DNA of 64,000 nt from an uncultured Acidobacteriota bacterium (GTDB taxonomy: Bacteria; Acidobacteriota; Thermoanaerobaculia; Gp7-AA8): contig CAVUKB010000001.1 in assembly GCA_963741955.1 (NCBI GenBank), positions 1 through 64,000 on the forward strand, in the 5' to 3' direction. The notes under the pieces are model-generated. The model searched no databases. It was not told the origin of the DNA and saw only the letters and a program-made list of their open reading frames with translations. Positions 1-8,093 of this stretch are shown piece by piece (positions within the stretch are counted from its first letter, which is position 1; each line of letters opens with the position of its first letter). Position numbers and translations under genes: made by a program.

Positions 1-4
1 CTAG

Positions 5-1595
5 GAGTCTGCGCGATAGGACGTAAGTTCGGCGCTTCCTGATGATCTCGGGTGACGTCCGCTCGCGAGCGGCAGAACCGGGCCATCGAAGCGCCTTGGG
101 GTTGATGGAGCCGTTCTCGGGGAGGTGGCAGCGCGAAACACTTGCTCGGCGGGACTTTTCGGGGTTGGATACTGCTCTGCCGGGGCTATTCGACCGCAAC
201 CAGAGCGCTCATTCGCTTCAGATTGATCACCAGGCACACCAGAGCCCATTCGCCGGCAACTTTGCGCGTCCCGCGGAGACTGAATCGTCGAAAGCCGAGA
301 ACGTTTTTGACCCAGCCAAACACCGGCTCAACGATCGCCTTTCGCCGGCGATAGACCGCCTTGCCTGCAGGTGAGTCCAACTTCTGCTTCATCCGCAGAG
401 TAGCGGGGAGCGTCGTCTCAGCTGCGGTTTCTTTGCCTTCTCGTCCGAGAGAAACATACGCATCGATCTTCTTCTCCTCCAACTCGATGAACGAGCTTTC
501 CGACTTGTAACCGGTGTCGGCAACAACCTGGTCGGGGCTTGTTTCGCAATTCTGTTCGACCACCTCGACCAAAGGCACGAGTGATCCGCTGTCCGCCGCA
601 GATTGTGTGATCTCGAATCCGACGATGAGTTGGTTATCGGCATCGACTGCGATCTGCGCGTTGTAGCACTGCTGAAATCCTTCCTGGGACTTCATGATTC
701 GGCTCTCGGAATCGGTGAAGTTCTCTTGCGCTTTGTCCTCAGGTACGCCGAACTTCCGTTTGAATGGCTTACCCTTCTTCCTGGCCGGATCATCGTCGCC
801 TTCGGAGCGACCAGCCTTCGTGTCCAGTTCCCGCTGTCGCTGTTCGAGTCGCTCTCGTGCATCTCTGATCTTTCGGATGCGTGTTTCCCGGCGCTGGAGC
901 TCTTCGGGCAACTCATCCCCGCGTCGATCAACCCCGTACTCGGCATCCTCCCGGGCATCCTCTTCCGCCGCTGTGGCCAAAATCTCCGCGATCTCCTTCT
1001 CGAGCTTCGCTTCTTCCTTCTTCATCCGATCGTAGCTCATCGCCTTGTGCTTGCTGGCATTCGCTCGCACCTTCGACCCGTCGATTGCGATCCTCCCGAG
1101 CGTAACTAACCCTGCCTCCTGAGCGGTCCGAATGATCTGGACCAGCAATGAGCTGAATGCGTCCACGTTTTCAAGCCGAAAGTCGCAGATGGTCCGATGC
1201 GATGGAAAGTTCCCGGCTGCAAGATACCGGACGGCGATATCTTCATCGATCCGCCGGGCAATCTTGCGCGAGGAGAACGTTCCCGTCAGGTACGAATAGG
1301 TGATCAACTTGAGCATCATCCTCGGCTCGTAGGGCTGCTTCCGCCTGCCGTCGCCCTTGTACCGCTCGTAGAATGCACTCAGATCAAGCTGATCGATCAT
1401 GTCGGAAACGAAGTGCGCCAAGTGACCCTCAGGGAGCCACTCGTATGGCGAGGGCGGAAGCAGCAGCGACTGCTCCGGTCGGTATGGCCTATACGTGGTC
1501 GGCATGACCTAATCTTAACATATTATCGTTACTACTAACCATTCACCTTTTATCATGCCGATTTGCCGCGAACCGGGTTTCTACCGCGCAGACTC
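5..1595 (-). mobile_element. IS1182-family insertion sequence
   Basis: Terminal IRs GAGTCTGCGCG(A/G)TAG at 5-19 and 1581-1595, CTAG on both flanks (1-4, 1596-1599), enclosing one transposase. Confidence 0.88.
186..1505 (-). CDS. IS1182-family transposase
   Basis: N-terminal LLLPPS..WLPEGHLA, YEPRMMLK..SSRKI, IAIDGSKVRANAS, YNAQIAVD, ADTGY, RKAIVEPVFG motifs. Confidence 0.92.
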   Translation of the reverse strand: MPTTYRPYRPEQSLLLPPSPYEWLPEGHLAHFVSDMIDQLDLSAFYERYKGDGRRKQPYEPRMMLKLITYSYLTGTFSSRKIARRIDEDIAVRYLAAGNFPSHRTICDFRLENVDAFSSLLVQIIRTAQEAGLVTLGRIAIDGSKVRANASKHKAMSYDRMKKEEAKLEKEIAEILATAAEEDAREDAEYGVDRRGDELPEELQRRETRIRKIRDARERLEQRQRELDTKAGRSEGDDDPARKKGKPFKRKFGVPEDKAQENFTDSESRIMKSQEGFQQCYNAQIAVDADNQLIVGFEITQSAADSGSLVPLVEVVEQNCETSPDQVVADTGYKSESSFIELEEKKIDAYVSLGREGKETAAETTLPATLRMKQKLDSPAGKAVYRRRKAIVEPVFGWVKNVLGFRRFSLRGTRKVAGEWALVCLVINLKRMSALVAVE

Positions 1596-1599
1596 CTAG

Positions 1600-1776
1600 C
1601 CCGCATTTCTCACATCGTCTCTGCTGCGGAGACGGATGGCGGCCTGTCTGCTGCGTTGCGCCCGGCTTCGGCTCCTCGACGTAGTCACCACTATGCCTTC
1701 GTCGCCGAAGCGAGGCGCGCCTTGCATCCAGGCCACTCTCCGCCTCCTCGCGACGAGATGGTGTGAGAAATGCGGG
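1600..1776. mobile_element. MITE family A, 177 bp, copy 1
   Basis: Terminal IR CCCGCATTTCTCACA/TGTGAGAAATGCGGG, CTAG on both sides, non-coding; inverted homolog at 36316-36492. Confidence 0.85.
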
Positions 1777-1799
1777 CTAGATTTCGCGAACAATCCCGG

Positions 1800-2603
1800 T
1801 TACTCGATCATCCCGTTCAGCGGACTCGACGCAGTGGCGTAGAGCTTCTTCTCGATCCGGCCGGCCCGGTACGCGAGACGCCCCGCCTGGATTGCGTAAT
1901 TCATCGCGCGCGACATCGCGATCGGGTCCTTCGCTCCTGCGATTCCGGTGTTCATCAGCACCGCATCTGCACCGAGCTCCATCGCCAGGGCCGCGTCCGA
2001 CGCCGTTCCGACGCCGGCGTCGACGATCACCGGGACCTTCGAGAACTCACGGATGATCCGAATGTTGGTCGGATTGCGAATTCCCAGACCCGATCCGATC
2101 GGTGCAGCGAGAGGCATCACCGCGGCACAGCCGAGGTCCTCGAGTTTCCGGCAGGTGATCGGGTCGTCGCTGGTGTACGGAAGAACCGTGAAGCCCTCTT
2201 TCAGCAGGGTCTCGGCGGCCTCGAGGAGCGCGACGTTGTCCGGAAAGAGCGTCTTCGGGTCGCCGATCACTTCGAGCTTCACCCAATCGGAGAGGCCGAC
2301 CTCCCGTGCGAGACGCGCGTAGCGCACCGCCTCGGCAGCGGTGTAGCAGCCGGCGGTATTCGGAAGGACGAGGTACTTCTTCGGGTCGATGTAGTCGAAC
2401 AGGCGCGGCTGGTTCGGATCGGCCACTGACGTGCGACGTACCGCGACCGTCACGATCTCTGCACCGGAGATCTCGATCGCCTCCGCCATCTGTTCCATGG
2501 TGGCGTACTTGCCGGTGCCGACGAGGAGACGCGAGCGAAACGTCTTCCCTCCGAGCAAGAAGGGATCGTCGATCTGGACAACGGGTTCGGTCATGGTGGA
2601 CAT
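1800..2603 (-). CDS. thiG: thiazole synthase
   Basis: [48 protein letters not shown]; start chosen at MSTMTE after GAAGGAG. Confidence 0.95.
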   Translation of the reverse strand: MSTMTEPVVQIDDPFLLGGKTFRSRLLVGTGKYATMEQMAEAIEISGAEIVTVAVRRTSVADPNQPRLFDYIDPKKYLVLPNTAGCYTAAEAVRYARLAREVGLSDWVKLEVIGDPKTLFPDNVALLEAAETLLKEGFTVLPYTSDDPITCRKLEDLGCAAVMPLAAPIGSGLGIRNPTNIRIIREFSKVPVIVDAGVGTASDAALAMELGADAVLMNTGIAGAKDPIAMSRAMNYAIQAGRLAYRAGRIEKKLYATASSPLNGMIE

Positions 2604-2740
2604 CGGAGCTCCTTCAACCGCGCGCGATTGTAGCTGATCTCGCCGGTCACGATCGTGACGGCGATACGCCCCGTGCAACGGCGACCGGCCGGTCGTTGTT
2701 CCACCATCTCACCCGAAGAAATGATCCGCTTCGACATCGG

Positions 2741-2893
2741 GAGTCTGCGCGGAGTCTGCGCGGTCGACGCGGATCAGCGGTCCACGCCCTTCCGGCTTCT
2801 CGGCGAGGTGTCACCGCTACGCCTGTCGACTCCCGACGAATCCGGCCCGGGGCCCTCACTTTCTCGCGACGGGCCTTCCTGTCGCGCAGACTC
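2741..2893. mobile_element. Degenerate MITE family B copy with IS1182-type ends
   Basis: GAGTCTGCGC duplicated at left end, GCGCAGACTC at right; internal blocks (GCGGATCA.CGGTCC, CACCGCTACGC, CTTTCTCGC.ACGG) match reverse complement of 5878-6036. Confidence 0.7.
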
Positions 2894-2904
2894 CGGGCCG
2901 AGGT

Positions 2905-3579
2905 TCAGAACATTCCTCTCTTGCGAAGCGAGACGTAGCGGTTCGTGCCGAGGATCAGGTGATCCATGACGTCCACACCCATCAGCTTTCCGGCCTCGAT
3001 CATCTTCCGGGTGAAGACGATGTCCTCGGCGGAGGGAGCGGGGTCGCCCGAAGGATGGTTGTGAAAGATGATCACCGCGGCGGCGGATTCCTGAAGGGCG
3101 AGACGGATCACGTCGCGGGTCGAGACGACCGTCGAGTTCAGCGTACCGACGTAGATCTCGCGTTCCTTCAGGACCCGGTTCTTCGAATCGAGGAAGACGG
3201 CGCCGAGCCGCTCCTGGAGGTGGTGCGAATAACGGGCGATGAGCGAGCGGGCGATCGATTCGGCATCCCGGACCGGCATTCGTTCTTCCGGCCGGTGCGC
3301 TGCGAGACGGCGCGCGATCTCGAATGCCGCAGCGAGGCGGGCGGCCTTCGCGTCTCCGACGCCAATCACGTGCTCGCTTCCCCAGTCGCAACGGGAGAGC
3401 TCGTGGAGCCCGCGCGCAGTGATCTCCCTCGCGACGTGAACCGCGCTGCGGCCGCGCACACCCGATCCGAGGAGGATGGCCACGAGCTCGGAGTCGGAGA
3501 GAGTCGCGGGGCCATGGCGGAGGAGTCGTTCGCGCGGGCGCTCTTCGAGCGGAAGGTCTGCGATCATGTCGCGGGTCAT
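2905..3579 (-). CDS. radC: RadC/JAB-domain protein
   Basis: ERPRERLL, LSDSELVAILLGSG, HNHPSGDPAPSAED, DHLILG; ATGA overlap with cobB stop. Confidence 0.92.
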   Translation of the reverse strand: MTRDMIADLPLEERPRERLLRHGPATLSDSELVAILLGSGVRGRSAVHVAREITARGLHELSRCDWGSEHVIGVGDAKAARLAAAFEIARRLAAHRPEERMPVRDAESIARSLIARYSHHLQERLGAVFLDSKNRVLKEREIYVGTLNSTVVSTRDVIRLALQESAAAVIIFHNHPSGDPAPSAEDIVFTRKMIEAGKLMGVDVMDHLILGTNRYVSLRKRGMF

Positions 3580-4322
3580 ACGGCCACACTCCGGATCACT
3601 TCGACGAGGCGCGGAAGAATCTCGGCGGCCTTCCCCGCGATCGCCACGTCGCAACGCGACGAGAGCTCCGTCGACGCGATATTCAGCTCGATCGAAGTGC
3701 CGTGCTCGAGATACGCTGCCAGTCCCGCGGCCGGGTAGACCGTTCCGGACGTTCCTACAATCAGGAGGAGGTCGGCGCGGCTGACCGCATCGGCAGCGGC
3801 TTCGAACACTCCGGGAGGCAGCATCTCACCGAACCAGACCACATCCGGACGGAACGGCGCTCCGCACCGGCAGCGCGGAGGGAAGTCGTTGATCGCTCCG
3901 GCGAGCTCCTGCACCGTTCCATCTGCGGTGCAGCGCACGCGGAAGATATTGCCGTGAAGCTCGAGAAGCCGGCGATTGCCTGCACGGCGGTGGAGGTCGT
4001 CGACGTTCTGTGTGACCAGAGTGAATCGGTCCTCGCCGATCGATCGTTCGAGATCGGCCAGCGCGACGTGGGCGGCGTTCGGCTCGCAGTTCCGGATCAG
4101 ATCCCGGCGCCACTCGTACCACTCCCAGACCAGTGCCGGGTCGAGGTCGAATGCTTCGGGGGTTGCCAGCTCTTCGGCCCGGAATTCCTTCCACAGACCT
4201 CCGGCGCCACGGAATGTCGGGATACCGCTCTCAGCGGAGATCCCGGCTCCAGTCAGTACGGCAATTCGCGAGGGTTTCCGATTGCGGATCAGAGAGAGGG
4301 CAGGTTCGAGATCGTTCATCAT
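3576..4322 (-). CDS. cobB: NAD-dependent sirtuin deacylase
   Basis: GAGISAESGIPTFRG, TQNVDDLH, LHGN, RPDVVWFGE, GTSG. Confidence 0.92.
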   Translation of the reverse strand: MMNDLEPALSLIRNRKPSRIAVLTGAGISAESGIPTFRGAGGLWKEFRAEELATPEAFDLDPALVWEWYEWRRDLIRNCEPNAAHVALADLERSIGEDRFTLVTQNVDDLHRRAGNRRLLELHGNIFRVRCTADGTVQELAGAINDFPPRCRCGAPFRPDVVWFGEMLPPGVFEAAADAVSRADLLLIVGTSGTVYPAAGLAAYLEHGTSIELNIASTELSSRCDVAIAGKAAEILPRLVEVIRSVAV

Positions 4323-4410
4323 GAGTCGCAGGGGGGCGACGGAGAACGGACGTCCAGGGCGGGAGAGCCGGGACGGATTGTAGCACGGCGAAGAAGGAGT
4401 AGGGGGCCGA

Positions 4411-5815
4411 CGTATCGCGCCAAACTAAATCTGACCGAAGGGAGAATCGTCGCGCCAAAAAGAATCTGACCGGGGCATCCTCTGCGGGGGAGGGTGCGAT
4501 GAAGGCGAAAGATCGACACGAACAGGCACGGCGACTCTCGGAACGATACCGGAAGGCAGGGCGGAAGGAGAAAGCGATGATCCTCGACGCGTTCTGCATG
4601 GCAGCGGGGCTGAACCGCAAGTATGCGATCTCATTGCTCCGCAACCCGCCTGAGAAGAACGGCCGGAGGCGGGGACGACCTGGACGGAAGAAGAAGTATT
4701 CGGCCGCGGTGATCGACGTGCTCGAGGGCATCTGGGAAGCGGCCGATTATCCATGGTCGGTGAGGCTCAAATCGATGCTCCGGTTGTGGCTGCCGTACGT
4801 GAAGAATCTATCCTCAGAGGTCGAGCAGGCCGTGCTCGAGATCAGCCCACGATCGATCGACCGCTACCTGCGAGAGCGGCGGACGGCGGATCGGCGGAAG
4901 CTCTACGGTCGAACCAAGCCCGGCACGCTTCTCAAGCATCACATCCCGATCCGCACCGATCGGTGGGATGTCCAGGATCCCGGCTGGTGTGAGATCGATC
5001 TGGTGTCGCACTCCGGGCCGTGTGCCGATGGCGAGTTCGCCCACTCACTGAACTTCACCGACATCCACTCGACATGGACCGAGACCCGGGCGGTTCTGAG
5101 TAAAGCCCAGACCGGTATCGTCGCGGCGATCGAATGGATCCGGGTTGCACTGCCCTTCCGTCTTCTCGGAATCGACTCTGACAACGGCAGTGAGTTCATC
5201 AACGGTCATCTCTATCGGTACTGCCTCCGCAACAAGGTTCAGTTCACCCGGGGACGGCCGTACAAGAAAGACGACAACGCGCACATCGAGCAGAAGAACT
5301 GGACCCACGTCCGACGGCTCGTAGGCTGGGAGCGGATCGATACCCGTGCGGCCGTGGACGCGTTGAACGATCTCTATGCGAAGGAGTGGCGGCTGATGAT
5401 GAACCTGTTTCAGCCCTCGGTGAAGCTCATCCGGAAGGAACGAATCGGCTCTCGTACACGGCGCGTCTACGATGCGCCCCGCACGCCCCTCGATCGCCTC
5501 CTCGCCGACAATCCGCGTTCTCCCGAGCTCGCCCGTCTCGCTGCGCTCCGTGCGACGCTCAACCCCTTCGAACTATCCGACATCATCGAACGAAAGCTCG
5601 CCCGCGTTCACCACCTCAACGGAAAAAGCTCGACGCGAGCACGCTCTCTGAACCGTCGCACCCCCTCCTCGATCCTCCCCCTCGAGGGGGAGGACGCCAC
5701 CACCCCGAGGTCCACCGATGCCAGCGTCTAAGAAGCCAAACCAACGACCCCCTTCGGTCAGATCCAATCTGACGCGACGATCCCCCCTAAAGTCAGATTT
5801 TAATTTGACGCGACA
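4411..5815 (+). mobile_element. IS element with rve-type DDE transposase (IS481/ISNCY-like)
   Basis: Two TCGCG.CAAA..AATCTGAC motifs at each end in inverted orientation; right end ...GCGACA; GGCCGA at 4405-4410 and 5816-5821 is a possible 6-bp TSD. Confidence 0.75.
4499..5731 (+). CDS. Integrase-core (rve) DDE transposase
   Basis: CEIDLVSH, GIDSDNGSEF, RPYKKDDNAHIEQKN catalytic-type motifs. Confidence 0.88.
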   Translation: MKAKDRHEQARRLSERYRKAGRKEKAMILDAFCMAAGLNRKYAISLLRNPPEKNGRRRGRPGRKKKYSAAVIDVLEGIWEAADYPWSVRLKSMLRLWLPYVKNLSSEVEQAVLEISPRSIDRYLRERRTADRRKLYGRTKPGTLLKHHIPIRTDRWDVQDPGWCEIDLVSHSGPCADGEFAHSLNFTDIHSTWTETRAVLSKAQTGIVAAIEWIRVALPFRLLGIDSDNGSEFINGHLYRYCLRNKVQFTRGRPYKKDDNAHIEQKNWTHVRRLVGWERIDTRAAVDALNDLYAKEWRLMMNLFQPSVKLIRKERIGSRTRRVYDAPRTPLDRLLADNPRSPELARLAALRATLNPFELSDIIERKLARVHHLNGKSSTRARSLNRRTPSSILPLEGEDATTPRSTDASV

Positions 5816-5822
5816 GGCCGAG

Positions 5823-5873
5823 CCCGCATTTCTCACACCGTCTCCGCAGCAGAGATGGTGTGAGAAATGCGGG
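5823..5873. mobile_element. Internally deleted MITE family A (51-bp hairpin)
   Basis: CCCGCATTTCTCACACC...GGTGTGAGAAATGCGGG, same termini as 1600-1776. Confidence 0.8.
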
Positions 5874-5877
5874 CCAG

Positions 5878-6036
5878 GAGTCTGCGCGGTAGAAACGTCC
5901 GTAGCGAGAAAGCGGAGCAGCGAGGCCAAATTCGTTCGGATTTGAGGTGCGTAGCGGTGGCTACTCGCCGAAAATCCGGGCGAATTCGGACCGTTGATCC
6001 GCTTTCGCAGTAGGACAGTTTCTACCGCGCAGACTC
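5878..6036. mobile_element. MITE family B (159 bp) with IS1182 ends
   Basis: GAGTCTGCGCGGTAGAAAC...GTTTCTACCGCGCAGACTC, matching the IS1182 end at 1577-1595; flanks CCAG/CGAG. Confidence 0.85.
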
Positions 6037-6063
6037 CGAGGCGTGCTCCGCCCGGAGAGCGGT

Positions 6064-7044
6064 CTATCCCTTCGGGATGTTCTCCTCGTGGATCTGAACG
6101 AAAGCGTCTTTCCGGAGCCTCTCGATGTAGGTCTTGTAATCACGCTGGAACGCGGCGTCACTCGCTTCCTTCCGGAGTTTCTCCTTGACTGCATCGAACG
6201 GCGGGACTTCGGATGGGAGGCGATCTTCGACCTTCAGCACGTGAAACCCGTGTTCGCTCCGGATCGGTCCGACGATGCTTCCGGGAGCTGCGGCGAAGAC
6301 GGCGGCATCGAGAGCCGGGATGAGCTCGCCCTTGGCGACGACTCCGATGTCGCCGCCCTTGTCACGGCTCGGTGCGCCCGAATACTCCTTGACCAATTCC
6401 GCGAAATCGGCGCCGCTCTTCGCCTTTGCCGCTGCTTCTTCGGCATGCTGCTTCGAATACGCGATCTGCTCGTCCGACGAGCCGGGCGGCGTGAGTACGA
6501 TGATCTCTCGGAGCTTCGCCCGCTCGGGAAGCCGGTAATGCTCCTTGTCACGCTCGTAACGTTCTTTCAGCTCGCGGTCGGTCAGCTCCTGCCTGGAGCG
6601 GAGCTCCCGGGAGAAGACCTTGTTGGTGAGGATGGTGTCCCTGAGGCGGAGCTCCATCTCGGCACGAGTGAGGCCGGAGCTCTTCAGTGATTCTTCGAAC
6701 TGTTCGTCGGTCTTGATCCCGTACTGCTGCCTGAGGTTCTTGACCGCTTCGTCGAGCTCCTGTTTGGTGACGGTCAGACCGAGCCGGTCGGCGCGGTCTT
6801 TGATCAGCAGCTCGGCCAGCATCTCATCGAGGAGGCCCTTTTCGAACTTCTGCTTTTCATCCTCGAGCTGACTGGGAGGAATCCTGCGTTCCAGATCGGC
6901 GTAACCGCCTTTGAGGCGCTCGAGGTACTGAGAGCGGGTGATGATGCGGTCGCCGACGCGTGCGACGATCGTCTCGACGACCTGCCCCGCGAAAAGCTGT
7001 CCCGCAGCGAGAATGACGATAGCGGTGATGAGAAGTTTTTTCAT
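6064..7044 (-). CDS. SurA/PrsA-like parvulin peptidyl-prolyl isomerase
   Basis: Signal peptide, IVARVGDRIIT, FAELVKEYS..S..KGGDIG, GPIRSEHGFHVLKV. Confidence 0.88.
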   Translation of the reverse strand: MKKLLITAIVILAAGQLFAGQVVETIVARVGDRIITRSQYLERLKGGYADLERRIPPSQLEDEKQKFEKGLLDEMLAELLIKDRADRLGLTVTKQELDEAVKNLRQQYGIKTDEQFEESLKSSGLTRAEMELRLRDTILTNKVFSRELRSRQELTDRELKERYERDKEHYRLPERAKLREIIVLTPPGSSDEQIAYSKQHAEEAAAKAKSGADFAELVKEYSGAPSRDKGGDIGVVAKGELIPALDAAVFAAAPGSIVGPIRSEHGFHVLKVEDRLPSEVPPFDAVKEKLRKEASDAAFQRDYKTYIERLRKDAFVQIHEENIPKG

Positions 7045-7154
7045 GGCGAAGAAATCCGAGTCGGCAGAGGGGCGTCCGCACGCGTCCATTCCGATCATCC
7101 GGGAGGCCCTTTCTGATGTAGACGACTCAGTCCGAAAACAAGTTCCGGAGCGGA

Positions 7155-8093
7155 TTATTCTTTCCCTTCGGAGGGGAAAGCCCCCGAATACCTGAACGGC
7201 AGGCGGTCGGTGAGAATGGCCACCGGAATTTCTTTCCGGGCCTCGGTGACCTTCTTCATCACCGCGTCATCGAGCGACTGGTTCTGCATGCGCGAACGGA
7301 TCAGCGGTTCCGCCTCGTTGAAACTGAGGCTTCCCGGCTTCTCGTGCTCGTCCACCCGGAAGATGTGGTAGCTGTCATCCGTGCGGATGATCCGGCTGAC
7401 GTTTCCGGGAGGTAGATCGAAGATCTCGTCCTCGAAAGTCCGGGGAAGCTGTCCACGGCTGACCCATCCGATGTCGCCGCCGTTCTTGGCATTCGGGGCC
7501 GCGGAGTAACGCGCAGAGAGGTCCTCGAAGCTGGCACCGCGACGGAGGTCGGCTTCGATCTTGTTCGCGACGGTTTCGTCGTGGACCAGGATCTGGCGTA
7601 CTCGGACCCGCTCGTCGTAGCGGAAATCGTCCGGATGCTGAGTGTAGAAGGTCTCGATGTCCTGCTCGGATGGGAGGGAGGTCTCACCTGCGATCTGGTC
7701 GATCAGCTTGCGGCGGCGCATTTCATCGCGCTTCTCCATCACCGTGGATCCGGGATCGTTTCGAACCGCCTGTGCGACCTGTTCGGCGGAAACGTCGATG
7801 CCGTGCAGGGCGGCGTACTCGGAGAGAAGCTCCTCTTCGACATACTGGTCGAGCAGGGCGCTGGCCGCTTCCGGAGCGATCTCCGCGAGGGCAGTTCCGG
7901 CATTGCGATCGAGATAGCGTTTGAAGTCGGAGAGTGTGATCGGACGATCACCGACCAGGCTGATCACGTCGGGAGATACGCGGCGTTTTCCCCGGCTGCA
8001 GGACGCGACGAGGATGACGGCGAAAATCGCGACGATGACGGTGAGGAGACGGACGAAAGATCGCATTCCAGAAAGCGGTGTGGAGTGTATCAC
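7155..8093 (-). CDS. Parvulin-type PPIase, probable lipoprotein
   Basis: ILVASC lipobox-like; VRVRQILV, FEDLSARYS, GGDIGW, YHIFRV; start uncertain. Confidence 0.85.
   Translation of the reverse strand: MIHSTPLSGMRSFVRLLTVIVAIFAVILVASCSRGKRRVSPDVISLVGDRPITLSDFKRYLDRNAGTALAEIAPEAASALLDQYVEEELLSEYAALHGIDVSAEQVAQAVRNDPGSTVMEKRDEMRRRKLIDQIAGETSLPSEQDIETFYTQHPDDFRYDERVRVRQILVHDETVANKIEADLRRGASFEDLSARYSAAPNAKNGGDIGWVSRGQLPRTFEDEIFDLPPGNVSRIIRTDDSYHIFRVDEHEKPGSLSFNEAEPLIRSRMQNQSLDDAVMKKVTEARKEIPVAILTDRLPFRYSGAFPSEGKE

Noticed and set aside
2604-2740. thiS gene or TPP riboswitch upstream of thiG
   Set aside because: No ORF ending in a ThiS-like GG and no TPP aptamer core visible
2905-4322. cobB-radC as a Sir2/JAB anti-phage system
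   Set aside because: Both are canonical full-length housekeeping forms without defence partners
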